From Prorocentrum cordatum (taxonomy: Eukaryota): a stretch of DNA of 64,000 nt. The notes below the pieces were generated by a model. That model saw only the letters and a list, made by a program, of their open reading frames with translations. It was not told where the DNA came from and made no database searches. The position numbers and the translations under genes were made by a program. Of the stretch, positions 12,091 to 26,418 are shown in pieces. The stretch lies in assembly GCA_963575745.1 (NCBI GenBank), contig CAUYUJ010000059.1, forward strand, positions 1 to 64,000, given 5' to 3'. Position 1 is the first letter of the stretch, and each line of letters opens with the position of its first letter.

Positions 12091-14896
12091 CATTATTCTC
12101 TTGACGGGGAGCACGAGCTGGCCGCGGAGCTCGTCGGGCCCTGCGAGCCCAGTCCAATGTAGGCTTGTGGACGCTCGTGGATGCCGAGCTCGCCAGGCCT
12201 TGGCGCGAGGTGCAGGCGTCGAACGTCGAGAGCCACCGTGACCGCCAGACGGTCCTCCGGGAGGGCGCTGCGGCCTGGCTCTCCTCTCCCTCGGCAGCGA
12301 GCGCGGGGACACCCGCGCTGGTGTGAGGCGGCCCTGCGGGCGCGGCTCCCCGACCACGTCGGGGGGGCCGCTCCTGGAGCTCGAGGCGCGGGCCGCCCTC
12401 GTGCTGAGAGGCGGCCGGGCGCCGCCACGCCGGCGGCTTGCCCGGCGGGGCCCACGGCGGGCGCCGCCCCCGGCGCGCCGCCGCGCGACGCGGGCGGCCC
12501 GGTCGCGGTCCGCTTCGGCCGCGCGCGGGCGGCCTCCGCACACGGCGCGCCCGCCGGTCCGACCGGGCTGGGGTGCAGCTGCTGCGGCGCCGCGTGCGGG
12601 CTGCTGCCCCGCCAGCGCGCCCTCGGCGGGCTGGGACGGACGTGCCGCGGGCCCTGAGCGTGCGCAGCGCCCGCGTGGCCGGGCGGCGTGAGGTGTGCCG
12701 GGAGCCTGCCCAGCTCGGGCGTGCCACGCCTCGTCCTTCTCGCGCCGTGTGCTTCTGCGAGTCGTGCCGCCCCGGGAGCTGCGCGAGCTGTGGCGCGGTC
12801 GCCACCTCGCAGGCCTAGAGGTTGACACCAACACCAAGATCGGCGATGTTCCTCCACCGAGGGAAGAAGATCCCGATCTCGGTGATGGTGGTAATATTCT
12901 GGCTTCCAAGGTGGCCGAAATATTACCACCAACACCAAAATCTAGGATCACCTTCCCCCTGTGGAGGCAGCCCTCTGTCTTGGTGGTGGTGCCCATTTCC
13001 AGGCCTCCCACCACCCCCCAGCTCCGCGCCCATGCGAGGACTCCGTCGGCACCAGTTTGTCAGCGCAGGGGCGCAGAATCTCCAGGCCTCGGGGAAAGGC
13101 CTGTTTCCTGGGCACTGGACTGTCGCACGAGCCTTCAACAAGAAGAAGGCCGTTGCGGCTGCGCCTGCTGGGACGGCAGTACCCCAGCGTGGGCGGAGGT
13201 AAGCCAGGTTGCAACCTGGCCCCCTGGCTGGGCGGATCGGCGGGAGCTTCGTTTTCCCGTCCTGCCGTGTGTCGAGGGTGGGCCTCGATGCGCGCCAGTC
13301 GCCCCTGGAGTTGTAATTGGCTGAGGGGGGTTCAAGCGGGCACTATGTTAAGATATTCCATGTCCAGGAAACGTTCGAGGCCAGTGCAAAACAAAAAACA
13401 TTCGAAGTTGCTAACATCCTGACGTGGGGAAACAGTTTAGAAAAATTATCCGGAGCGCGTGTGCGAATTCTCGTGAAATGCATAATTGGTGTCGAATTGT
13501 GTCCGAATTTGGTCGGCCGTTTTTCAGATGTTCTGCGGACTTTGAAACTTAGCTCGGACTTGTTCAAATTGTTCGAACTGTTTCAAGCTCTGTTGACCAT
13601 TTCACGTTTCCGATCGCTCCCTGGACTTGTGAGCTTGTTTCGAAGCCTTGCTTCCTTTGGCTCCCGAGCTAAAGCCTTCCCCCCGCCCGCACCCAAGCCG
13701 CAACTTGATCTGTTCAAGGCAAGCCCATCTCTTCCCTCATCAGCCAATTGGAGAGGCCTGACGGCCGGTGCCGCCGACCCTGATCGAAAGGGCTAGGAGT
13801 GGGGGGAGGAAGCGGAGGAGGAAGAGGAGGAGGAGGAGGAGGAGGAGGAGGAGGAGGAGGAAAAGGAGGAGGAGGAGGAGGAGGAGGAGGAGCAGGAGAG
13901 AGCTCCAGGATCGGCGGGGCCCTGGCCATTTCGCCAGCGAGCGGGCCTCGGCGTGCAGCCTTCCAGGGCGAGGAGCGCCCACCCGTGGAGCACGGCACCC
14001 AACCTCGTCCAAGATCCTCCTCCGTCCACCTCATCCATTCTACTCCTCGGGTCCTGCTCCTCCTCCCCCTCCTCCTCCTCCGCCTCCTCCTCCTCCTCCC
14101 CCTCCCCTCCTCCTCCTCCTCCTCCCCCTCCTCCTCCTCCTCCCCCTCCTCCTCCTCCTCCTCCTCCTCCTCCTCCTCCTACGCTGGCCCGAATCTGCAC
14201 GGCAGAAGTGCTCGGTGTGCAGAAACGGCGAACATCGTCGAAAGTTCTGGTCCCCCCTCCCCCCCTTCCGGGAGGAGGCTGTTTCCCCCCGCAGGACGAA
14301 GGAACAAAAAAGAAGGCAGGCTGGAGGAGGAAGGACGGGGCCCCCTCCTCCCTTTCCTCCCCCCCTGCGCTCCAGCTCCCTCCCCGTTCTGCGTAAAAGG
14401 GACCCCCGCCGCTGACAGGCGCACCCTCCAGGGGATCCTTGTCACAGCCAGCTGCCGAAGCATTGCAAGTTTCCCAGACCTCCTCCTCATCCTCCTACTC
14501 CTCCTTCTCGACAGAAGGTTTTCAGCAGTTTTCGTCATCAGAAGGCCTTTGCAGGGCATTGGAGCTGCCAAAGAAGGACTCGGGATGAAAAGCCAGCCCC
14601 GGGGGAACGAATCGAGACCTCGGGGATCCACGCTGTAAAAAAGAACGGCGTTGGAGGATTAGGCTCGAAGGGGGCCGAGAAGGAAGCAGGACCTGGAGAA
14701 AGAGGGGAGACGACGCTTTTGGGGGGGCGGTCCTCTGCGTCCTTGGGGGGCTTTTCTTGGGACAGGAGGAAGGCATTGCGCTGTTTTTGCAGGTGGGGGT
14801 GGCGACCTCCGATCCCTCCCAGGAGAGCCCCGGCCTTCTCGGCAGCCCCGACCGACGTCTGCTCCAAACCAGCTCCCCCCACCAATGTGCACCCTT

Positions 14897-15089
14897 CGGG
14901 CCGGACGAAAAGGGGGGATTGGGAAATGGGGGGTTACGAAATTTGCTGCATGCAGCTGGTTTCGGCGTCACCGAGGGGCCCATTCCTCGATACATTGCCG
15001 CCTCCGGCGCTGGGAGGCGCCGGGAAAATCAGCTGCGTGAGCTGATTCTCAGACCCCCCCTTTGCTATCCCCCCCTTTCGCCCGACCCG
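14897..15089. mobile_element. MITE family A, copy 1
   Basis: TIRs CGGGCCGGACGAAAAGGGGGGAT / ATCCCCCCCTTTCGCCCGACCCG. A second copy lies at 18423-18609. Confidence 0.8.
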
Positions 15090-15124
15090 AACCCTCCTGG
15101 GGTCCACCCCGGCGGGTTCTTCAA

Positions 15125-15277
15125 TAGGGGGCCACATGCGAACCCTACCCCTACCCCCCACGATTTCTGAGGGGAGGGTGGGGTTCACTTCGCTCGAGAG
15201 CTCCCGAACGAAGTGAACCCCACCCTCCCCCTCAGAAATCGTGGGGGGTAGGGGTAGGGTTCGCATGTGGCCCCCTA
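15125..15277. mobile_element. Foldback MITE
   Basis: Near-perfect ~68-bp inverted arms around a ~16-nt loop, flanked by the direct repeat TTCAA at 15120-15124 and 15278-15282. Confidence 0.85.
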
Positions 15278-16103
15278 TTCAAGCCGCGCCAGGCCTCGGC
15301 GACGAGACCCCCGAAAAAGGCCCCCGACGGAAGCTCGAGTCGGCGAGGGCTCCGGCGACGTCGGCCGCGTCGCCCCCCCTCCCGTGCGCCGCCATGCGGA
15401 GGCGGGGAGGCGGCGACGGTCCGAGGGCCGCCGCGTTGGCAGCAGGGGCTGCGATGCTCCAGCCTACAGTGCCGTTTTTGTTTTATACATGCTCCGCGCG
15501 CGGATCATGTATCAAAAAAGAAAGCAGGGATTTAGTTTAAAAACCAATGAGTGCATGCATAAATTCATTCATACATTAATCATGTACTGAAAATCCCATA
15601 TTTTAAAAAGCTATGTATTACAAACTGCCCTGTATTTAGCCTTGACCACCAGAAAGGATTTCGAGCGCCCAAAAAAGTACCGAAACTCAGGGGCTTTCAC
15701 GTGCCGGTCCCTGGGAGACACTCGCCCGACACTGCTTCGCCGCTGTTTCGACACTCTTTTGACACTTTTCCGGGTGCTCGAAATTATTAATGGGATTTGG
15801 TCCTTAAGTAGGATGCGAACAACATGAAGCAGGGGTTCAGAGCCGAAGTGCCCCGGCCTGGCTGCCGCACCCCGAGAGAACGATGCTGGCCCTGGCCGAC
15901 ATTCGTCCGCATGCCTGGGGCCGCAACGCTTTCACGCTCGGGGGCAGTCAAATGCGGGGTGAGGGTCAGGGGTTTGTGGATGTGACTGTCAGGGCCACGC
16001 CATCTGCCAGACGTTCTGGCTCCCTCTTAGTATCGTCACGATTGGTAGTATTACTACTACCATCTTAGAAAATAGTATCGTTCATGTTAGTCCTAGTGGT
16101 TGC

Positions 16104-17250
<1,147 letters not shown>

Positions 17251-18422
17251 TAATATGCTTACTTTGGGTGTTATGCGCATGACTTACATGATTAGTTGTT
17301 TTCTTATTATTCGTATTATCCTGTTTCGTCTTCCAAATCGATCTCTGGCCCCCCCTCGTCCGCGCACGTGCCTCGGGCCATGATGCGCTCCCCTTTTTCC
17401 CTGGCCCCCCCTTTTCCGGCTCACTCGACGCGAGGGGGAGGGGAGGGGGAGCGGGCTCCTAGTCATCAGGCATGTGGATAATGTCTTGCCTCTCGCCTTC
17501 CTCCTGCTCCTCCTCTTCTCCTCCTCCTCTTCCTGCTCCTCCTCCTTCCCTCCTCCTCCCCCTGCTCCTCGTTCTCTTCCTCCTCCTCCTCCTCCTTCCC
17601 CTTCCCCTTCCCTCTCCTCCTCCTCGTCCTCCTCCAACTCCTCCCATTCCTCCTCGCATTCCTCCTCCCATTCCTCCTCCCATTCCTGCTCCTCCTCCTC
17701 CTCCCTCCTCCTCCTCCTCCTCCCTCCTCCTCCTCCATCGTTCCTCTCCTCCTCCTCCTCCTCTCCCCCTCCTCCTCCTCCTCCTCCTCCTCCTCCTCCT
17801 CCTCCTCCTCCTCCTCCTCCTCCTGCTCCTCCGCCTCTTCCTCCTTCCCTCCTCATCCTCCTCTTTCTTAGGAATGAGACGAGGAGGAGCAGGTGCAGGA
17901 GGAGGAGGAAGAGGAGCAGGAGCAGGAGGAGGGGAGAAGGAGGGGCGAGTTCATCCCCCGCCGAGAGGATCAGGGGGGGACCAGAACTGAAGACATCCTG
18001 GGGTTGCACATGATGTGGCCGGCCGGGGCGAGAGGCAGATGCACACGTGGCCAGATGCTTCTCCGGCGTACACGGCCCTCCGATGGCCGTGTGCGCTGGC
18101 CCTGCGCACGGGGACTGTCTTCTTGGGACTGTCTTCTTGGGGACTGTCTTCTCGGGGTCGGGGGGGGGGGGGGGCAAGAGGGGGGTGATGACTAGGTGGG
18201 GGGGGTTGGATATCCTGGCGGGGGCCGTGATATCTCCCCGGAGTTCATGGCGCTTCTTCTCATCTCAAAGCGTCCCCCGCCCCGCCGCCCCCCCCCCTTC
18301 CCCTGGGCCGCGCGCGTGCCGCCGCGGTTGCGCAGGTCCTCCGAGGGGGTACGCAGTGTTGGTACGCAGTGCTGGTCGGCTGCCCCAGGCGAAAAGCTTG
18401 GGTGATCAGCCGGCACCTCCCC

Positions 18423-18609
18423 CGGGCCGGACGAAAGGGGGGGATTGGGAAAGGGGGGGTTACGTACGGAATTTGCTGCATGCAGCTGGTTTCGGCCCCA
18501 CCGAGGGGCCCATTCCTCGATACACAGCCGCCTCCGGCGCCGGGAAAATCAGCTACGTGAGCTGATTCTCAAACCCTCCCATTGCTATCCCCCCCTTTCG
18601 CCCGACCCG
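18423..18609. mobile_element. MITE family A, copy 2
   Basis: Same TIRs and internal sequence (AATTTGCTGCATGCAGCTGGTTTCGGC..CCCATTCCTCGATACA) as 14897-15089, with different flanks. Confidence 0.8.
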
Positions 18610-20899
18610 ACTCCCCCCCAACGGATAACCCAGGTTGTCGCCGAGAAAAATATGAAGACGATCTCGCGTCAATCCAGCACATGGCCTCCAGACCAAGGCT
18701 CGAGCTGAAACGGTGTTCTGGCGATCTCGCGGGCCGTTGTCGCCTCGCTCTGGTTTCGCGGCAGAGGCAGAGCGAGGACAGAGCGAACGAAAACGGAGAA
18801 CAAAACGAAAACGAAAACACCGTCTAGCTCTAAGTCGGGCCTGTCCCTCTACAGGGGGGATATGCAAAAATAGTGAAAAAATAGTCTGGGGGCGATTTGT
18901 TGACATTTTTTTTTGCATCTGGGAGGTATTTTTGGGTATTCGTCATTTGTCGCCCAAAATCCCCCCTGTGGGGGGACACGCCCGACTTCAGTCCAGCTCG
19001 AGCCCTGCTCCAGACGCTCCACGCGGGAGTCCAGCCACGTGCGGTGCCAGCTCCCCAGCAGCCCCCGCGCGCCCCGAAGGCGGCCACGGGCTCCCGCTCG
19101 CTCGGGCAGGGGCAGCAGCTGCGCACGGTGAAGCCCCCGTCCTCGAAGCCGAGCCGGCTGTCGAACTACGAGGACCGCCGTGGTCATCGTCCTCGTCCTC
19201 GTCCTCGTCGCCCTCCTCGCCGAAGAGGAAAAATAAAGGTAACAAAATCCTCCTCGGCGTCGCCGCCACCGTTGTCCTCAGTTTGGGTGTCACGGTCATC
19301 GTCGTCGCCCCCATCGTCGTTGTCGTCATCGCCGTCGCCGTCGTCGTCCCAACAACACCCCCTGCCTTTGGTCTCACGCGCACTCCTACCTGTACCAGGT
19401 TCTCATGCATGGTCCCCCCTGTCGGAGTAATTATACTTTGGGCATCATCGCCGCCATGGCTGTTGCCACGACTCGATTTGCCCGAAATCCTGGTCAGAAC
19501 GCGCTCCAGGACATGTCCAGGAGTAGATTCCTGATTTCGATGGGAGACCCAGGCTGCAATTGTCGGAATAACCGCACCCCCTCAGTGATCCACCACATTT
19601 TTTATTGAAGACTTGCGATGGAACAAGACAATCCTGACCAGTCGTTGTTCGGTAGGGCCTGTTTGGTTGACTCCGGGGCTCATCTGGCTCTGAAAAGAAG
19701 GGAGGGGCCAGCCGACGACCGCGGTGCGAGGAGCCCGAGGAGGCGATCGAGAGCGAGGCGGAGCTCCTCGAGCGCTACATTATACCGCCTTGGCCGTAGG
19801 AGACCCCGACCCGTCCACTCAGCGCTCGGTTAGGCTGCCGTCGAGGATCGAGGTTTGATGTCAAGGCGTCAGGTTCTGGAAAGTTTCTGCATCGTATCGG
19901 CCGCTTCTGGGTTCCAGGACAGTCACGAAAAAATCCGAGGCGACAAACCGGTCCCCTGTAGAGGGTCGAGAGTTCCAGGGGCCGTGGGCTGCGAATCTGA
20001 ACGTCGGAGGTCTGGGTGCTTGTCGTCGTCCTAGGATCGATGCTCGAGGATCAAGGGATTTTTGACGCGGTTCGTGTTTTTGTTGCGGCCCTCTCTGTAA
20101 ATGCATATGTATATAAGAAACACACATATATAATTGAGTAAATCCCAACCAGTGGATGGGTTGTTATCCGCCACCGTGCCTCGAGGCACGACACAGAGTG
20201 TTCACCAGGCTTCCAGAGTTCACTATATTCTGTATTCCAAGAAGGGGCCCCGACCATGCATTGCCAGACTGTTCGGGTTCCGATTAGCAGAGCGGCGCTC
20301 TGCTATTTTGCCTCAAGGTTTGCGCACTCGCTGCTCCTCCCCTCATTCGCAGAGCTCTGCTCTACTCATTGGCCTGAAAGCAGGGTTCCCCATCCTGCTC
20401 GTGCTCTGTTGAACAGAGCGCCGCTCTGCTAATTCGCCTCAGAGCATCTGCGCGTTCATTGCTCCTCCTCTCGTTAGCAGAGCGCCACTCTGTTAATTTG
20501 ATTCAGAGCATGCGCAGTTGCTGCTCATGCTTTATTCACCCGAGAGGTGCTCCACTAATTGCTCCCATGGGCGCCTTGTGGAGCCCATGATCTTCCGAGA
20601 GGCATCCCGAGAAGCCCTCATATGCATCGAACAGGTCTATGACCCACAACCCAGGCCCGGTGGCGGGATTGGCAGTTGGCACACACACACACACATGTGT
20701 ATATATATATGTATGTACATCGGAATGCGTATGCGTGTAAGTGCTGTGCGCACATGTGTATATACACATGCGTAGCTACACATATCCATTCCGTATACGT
20801 AACTATCCCTCTATATACGATGAGGATACCTGTAATGTTTATTATCACCCCCTTCGGGTATCCAACGATAAGACGGTACATGTGCTGACCTCGGGTCCG

Positions 20900-22950
20900 C
20901 GTGTTTACAAGTTCGGCACGGCACGAAACATACACGTTCACCATGCAAGGGCAGCACGGATGCGTTACGCGAGCAAAGGTGGAACGCCTGCGGGGCCCCA
21001 TGTCCCACACATGCCCACACGGGGTGGCAGTTGTCAAGAAACCATCAACAGGAACGGATGGGGCGCCAGCCCTTATTATAACATTGTTCAGACAGGGCCC
21101 CCTCACATTTTACTGAAGACACGTGTCCCCAGCATTGTAGAAGCCATACCAATATCCAGAGAAAGTGGTACTCCACAGAAATGATCCAGCCAGCGAACGT
21201 ACACCATCCCAATCACCATTGTATCTGATGTCGCGCGTTCAGGATCCTTGATGCACCAAAAATGTATCACATACTGGACACCACTACTCAACAAAGAAAA
21301 CGTCAGGCCCCAATTGAACCTCAACGTCGACTTGAAGCTCGGGTTCCACTTCGCTATCTTCTGCATGCTTGCGCCCCTACCCAGGCCCTTCAGCTTCGTC
21401 ACCAGTTTGCCTTTTGACGCCTTGCCTAGCGTGGCAGAGAACACCGTCACTCGCAGAATGGAACACAATACGGCGCGGCTCTCCGTCTGTTTGCCTTGGG
21501 CCATCCGCAGGAGTTCGAGCGGGGTACGCAGAAATAGGGGACGAGCTTCCTGCACCGTTTCCCTCCGACTCCTTTTTGACCACGTCCAACCGTTGTATCA
21601 ACTCCTTTGTTTGCCTGGCGACTGGACCCTGTGCGTTGAAGGTCACGCGGTACACCTCGTTACCGTTGATCCGCATTCCCGCCGTTTTTTGTGCCGTCGT
21701 TTCTCAACGCCATGAGGGGTCGTGGCATACATCGATCAGTAATTTTTGCTGAGACGACCCCACGCTGCACCAACTCTCTAAACCGTTCCGAATGCCGCCA
21801 CAGCGATGATGTTTCCCCTGATGTGTGTTACCATCTGTCTTGACCATTGCCTGGTACCCGTACACCTGCATCCGTGTCTGTATTTCTTCTTCTGGCGTGT
21901 CTCCGTATTCCGTTGATTGTAATGCGTATTCATGCGTCTGCTCGCTGGCTTGGTTGCCCAGCTTCGTCATGACAGACTCCTCTCCTGGCCTGCCTTTCAT
22001 GCCCTCCCTATTCCCCGTAGCGGTGTCCCCCTTGCGTTTCGCGACGAGCCAGGCCATGAGGGGCAGGCTGGATGACGCGATGTAGTCCGAGCTCTGCTTG
22101 CAAATGCTGAATCAGGATATGGTTACGGAGCGCATCTACACCATCAGTTTCGAACTCGCACGTCGGAGAGTTCCGTGCATACCAGGCAACCGCTCCATCG
22201 TGTTTGGTTCGTCCAGTTCGGCATGCCCTGGTTTTAAAGTCCCTGGTCATGTGATACATTTCAGCAAATACACTTCGTAGCAAATACAGCTCTGCAAGCC
22301 ACACAAAACTGTTAGCAACACACCACAAGCTTCCGAAGAGCTACCGCCCACGAGTGCCATGTCTACGCCTCGCACAGGGCACTGCTGATCGTTGCTGCGT
22401 CGGGGCACAGGCCCCGCCCTTCCCCATCCGGTCCGGTCCCGGCGCAGCACACCGACAGGGCCCCCTCGTTCGAGTGGTCTGGCATGCTGTACAGATTCCT
22501 GGCTGTGCGCTCCAACGCAGGACTCGAGACCCTGCGCGTGTAAGTTGATAGAGTCCTCAACTCCATTCGCGATCACATCCGCGGGGTTCTTGCACCTCTC
22601 TCAGGGATAGCGGCTCCGTCGTCAAAAGCCTGCAGTGCCTGAATATCGCAGAGAAAGTGCGTGGCCCATGTATTCACAGGAGAGCCTCTGGAGGCCCTAG
22701 CCAGCGTGGACTCGATGTCCTCGAGTGCACCAAAAACGACAAGGAACTGAGCGGGCCGACTCGGATGTTTCAGGCATTGTTGGAACCACTTGAGTCTACG
22801 CGTTCGCAGCTCAAGATGAGTAGGCACTAAACTCACAGCGCGCAACACACTAATATTACAGTCCGTTTCCCATGCATCATTCGTTAAGGTAGCCGCACCC
22901 TTTGAAAGAACGCGTGCGCATTTGGCTGGCATGCGATCGACAGGAGCCCG
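20900..22950 (-). mobile_element. Decayed LINE fragments: RT C-terminal tail, then ORF1-like region, then APE start
   Basis: ELRTRRLKWFQ..HP (post-RT region), a zinc-finger-like remnant TCEFE..LRNHILIQHL, the ORF MAWLVAKRK.., then KIAKWNP (APE first-strand-like). Confidence 0.5.
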
Positions 22951-23229
22951 GTCGGCCTCGCGCGACAGCGCAGAACTTGTCGCGAGACGTTATGCTCCCG
23001 AGAGGCTCGCATGCATTGCGTGCTCGTTGAAAAGGTTACACCGCCATTTAAAGCGCGCGCTCGAGGTCCAGACTCGCTCCGAGGAAAACCAGGCCGTTCT
23101 TCCAGCCTGAAGCCTGAAGCCGATGCTGAAATCCGCGCAACGCAAGCCTCGAGCACAACCTGGGCCCAGGTACCCGGCTATCGCGACGGTCCTTCCCTGC
23201 ACTGGCGCCCCAGGAGGTGCGCTTCGGCG

Positions 23230-23790
23230 CCGAGTTTCTCGAGATTCCCTGCTGGGGGGCAAGGGGCGGGCGCAATTTCAAGAAACCCCTCCGCGTCCTT
23301 AAATCTAGCCGCTTGGGAGTTTCTCGAAATTCACCGCTGGGGGGGCGGGAGGCAAACGCAATCTCGAAGGACTGTGCCGCGAAGGACTGGCGATTAAACG
23401 CTCCTCGAAATTCCGCGCCAGGGCAGGGGGCTGCAATTTCGAGAAACTCCTCCGCGCCTGAAATCTGGCTGTTTGGGAGTTTCTCGAAATTCCCCGCTGG
23501 GGGGCGTGGGGCGGGCGCAATTTCGAGAAACCCTTCCGCGGCTTGAAATCTGGCCACGCGGGGGGGCGAGGGGCGGGCGCAATTTCGAGAAACTCTTCCG
23601 CGGCCTGAAATCTGACCGTTTGGGAGTTTTTCGGAATTCCGTCCCCCCGTCGCCCCCGCATTGGAAATCATGGAGTTTATCAAAAGTGCCGGCTTGAAAC
23701 CTATTTTAAGAAACTCCAGTTTGGCCTGATCAGCGGCTTGCAGAGGAGTTTCTCGAAATTTGGCCGCGGCGACAAGCGGAATTCTGATAC
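23230..23790. repeat. Diverged tandem repeat with alternating inverted motifs
   Basis: GAGTTTCTCGAAATT and its reverse complement AATTTCGAGAAAC alternate several times. Confidence 0.75.
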
Positions 23791-23869
23791 ATTTCCATGT
23801 AGTTTCATTCTTGGATTGCAGAGGATTTTCGCAAAATATGTTTTGAACAAGAAATTCCCAGAAACGCAG

Positions 23870-24610
23870 CTCGACCAGGTACCCCACCGAGGGCCCCAGT
23901 GGCTGCGCTCGAGTGGCACCACCGCACCCATTCCGGCACCCCTCACACGTTTCGCGGCCCCGTAGGAGTGTTGGTTGCGCTCGCATGGCGCTACCGCGCC
24001 CATGTCGGCACACCCCTTACACGTTTCGCCGCCCCATAGTAAGCCCCACCGAAGGTCTCAGTGGCTGCGCTCGCGCGGCACCACCGCAGCGATTTCGGCA
24101 CCCTTCACACGCTTTGTGGCCCCGTAGGGAGCTCCACCGAAGGTCCCAGTGGTTGCGCTCGCACGGCATCACCGAGGCGATTTTGGCACGCCTCTCACAC
24201 CGTTCGTGGCCCCATTGGTTGCGTTCGCATGGCACCACCGCGCCCATTTTGGCACACCCACAGCACGCTTCGTGGTCCCATGAGGAACTCCACCGAGGGC
24301 CCCACTGGCTGTGCTCGCATGGCGCCACCGTGCTGATTTCGGCACACCCCTCACACGCTTCGCGGTCCCATAGGGAGTCCCACCGAAGATCCCAGCGGTT
24401 GCGCTCGCATGGCTCCACCAGACCCAGTCCGGCACCCATCGCACATTCCGTGGCCTCATGATGAGCTGAATCGAGCCCCAATGGCTGCGCTCGCATGGCA
24501 CCACCGCGCTAATTTCGGCACACCCTTTCACACGTTTCGTGGCCCCGCAGGGAGCCCCACCGAAGGTCCCAGTACCCCGTACGCTTCGTGGCCCCAAAAG
24601 GAGTCCTACC
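23870..24610 (-). repeat. Diverged tandem repeat related to the 77-bp satellite, opposite orientation
   Basis: Recurrent GGAGCTCCACCGAAGGTCCCAGTGG..CGCATGG, the reverse complement of the satellite core, at ~75-80-bp spacing. Confidence 0.8.
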
Positions 24611-24814
24611 GACACCGATCGGTACCCTCATCGCGGTATTCCCAATTGCAGAGGACTGGGTTTTTCGCCAGTATATTTCGCAGAGGATGGTGGGGGGGGT
24701 CGAACCTGGTTTGGCTGGTGTCATACGAAGACATACTCGAAATTGAAGACGGGACATACTCGCATGTAACTTGCACGTCCACAGAAGGGGGGCGGCCCCG
24801 GCCTCGGGAGGGCG

Positions 24815-25950
24815 GTGGGCCCCAATTCCTTGTAGAAGGGAGAGCCTCTGTGATGCGACATGCGATGTGCAGTACATGTGGTGCGATGTCCGTTGTGCAG
24901 ACAAGTTCGAGGCGGTGACAGCGGCAACGTTTTACCGGGCGAAGAGCGGTATAACATAAATTTTCCGCCGTCGGGGGCGCCTGCCCTTGGGCGGCTGGAA
25001 AGTTTATACCCCTACGGTGCCACCGTAAGGGGGTATTATTTTTTTCAGCCGCCCAGGGGCAGGTGTCCCCGACGGCGAAAAAGTTTGGTTTACGCCGTTC
25101 TTCGCCCGGTAAAACATAGCCGCCAGACCGACAGACAGGCCCAGGTTTTGGCGGCGACGAGGCAGCGACGGGGCGGTGACGGCGACAACATACAGTCGGG
25201 GCGCTGAAGAAGGAGCCCTTCTCGTTTGGGAGGGGCCCCGTGTCCCTTAATCGTTTCACAGCTTGCCTTCTGTTTTCCGCAGGTGTTCGACGGGACACCG
25301 AAGTTTCACTCCTGGAAAAAGGGGGCCTCGTTCCTAATTTCTGGGGTTCCTTAGGTCAACGCCCCGACGGTAGCCGCCAGACGAACAGACAGGCCCAGGC
25401 CTCGGGAGTGCGGTGGGCCCTAATTCTTTTTAGAAGAGAGGGCCTATGTGATGCGACATGCGATGCGCAGTATGTGTGGTGCAGAGTCCGTTGTGCAACC
25501 TAGTTCGAGGCGGCGATAGCGGTAACATCGCCGCCAGACCGACAGACAGGCCCAGGCTCTGGCGGCGACGAGGCAGCGACGGGGCGGTGACGGCGACAAC
25601 ATACAGTCGGGGCGCTGAAGAAGGAGCCCTTCTCGTTGGGGAGGGGCCCCGTGTCCCTTAATCGTTTCACAGCTTGCCTTCTGTTTTCCGCAGGCGTTCG
25701 ATAGGGAAGCCGAAGGTTAACTCATGGAAAAAGGGGGCCTCGTTCCTAATTTTTGGGGTTCCTTAGGTCAACGCCCCGACGGTAGCCGCCAGACGAACAG
25801 ACAGGCCCAGGCTCCGGCGGCGACGAGGCAGCGACGGGGCGGTGGCGGCGACGACGTAGCCGCCAGACGAGCAGACAGGCCCAGACAAGCGGCGGCGACG
25901 GGGCGGCCGACGGCGGCAACACGGCCGCCAGAGCCGATAGACAGGCCCAG
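24815..25950. repeat. Local tandem duplication (~410-bp period) with GCCGCCAGAC..GACAGGCCCAG subrepeats
   Basis: ~25120-25400 matches ~25530-25812, and ~24815-24928 matches ~25410-25528. Confidence 0.85.
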
Positions 25951-26418
25951 CTCCTGAGTAACGGGTGACAGCACCAAAGCGCAAGCATTGATTGGGGAAG
26001 AGGGAAAGAGAGAGAGAGAGAGAACAAAAAAACAGGATACATATATACATATATATATATATATAGAGAGAGAGAGGAAACATACATATATAGAGAGAGA
26101 GACACACACGGAAGCCGTGCACGTCAGAGGTGCAGTGGCACGATGCCGAGGCAATCTGACATGGTACAGTTTCGGCGGCGCTGCTGCAGAACACATGTGA
26201 ATCGACTGAACGGTTATTACTTCTATTTCAGGGCCTCTGCGGGTCTCAAAACAATCTTGAAAGCACTTGAGGGCCCTGGAGGTAGTTCTGAGACGTCCCG
26301 GAACTAGACTTCTCGTGTCTCGAAGACTGCCGATCTGCCATTCGTTCGGGATCGGATCGGTCAACAGGGCCATCGATCAGCGGTCGCCTTCGCGTTGGGG
26401 CGGACACAGCCAGATCAG

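Noticed and set aside
8815..14640. Long Pro-, Glu-, Arg- and Leu-rich ORFs
   Set aside because: They derive from GAG/CCT/CAT tracts and very GC-rich sequence, with no recognisable domain.
26100..26280. Possible upstream CNBD end implying a multi-repeat channel
   Set aside because: Only a vague C..RQSD resemblance, and no upstream S1-S6 exons were found in the window.
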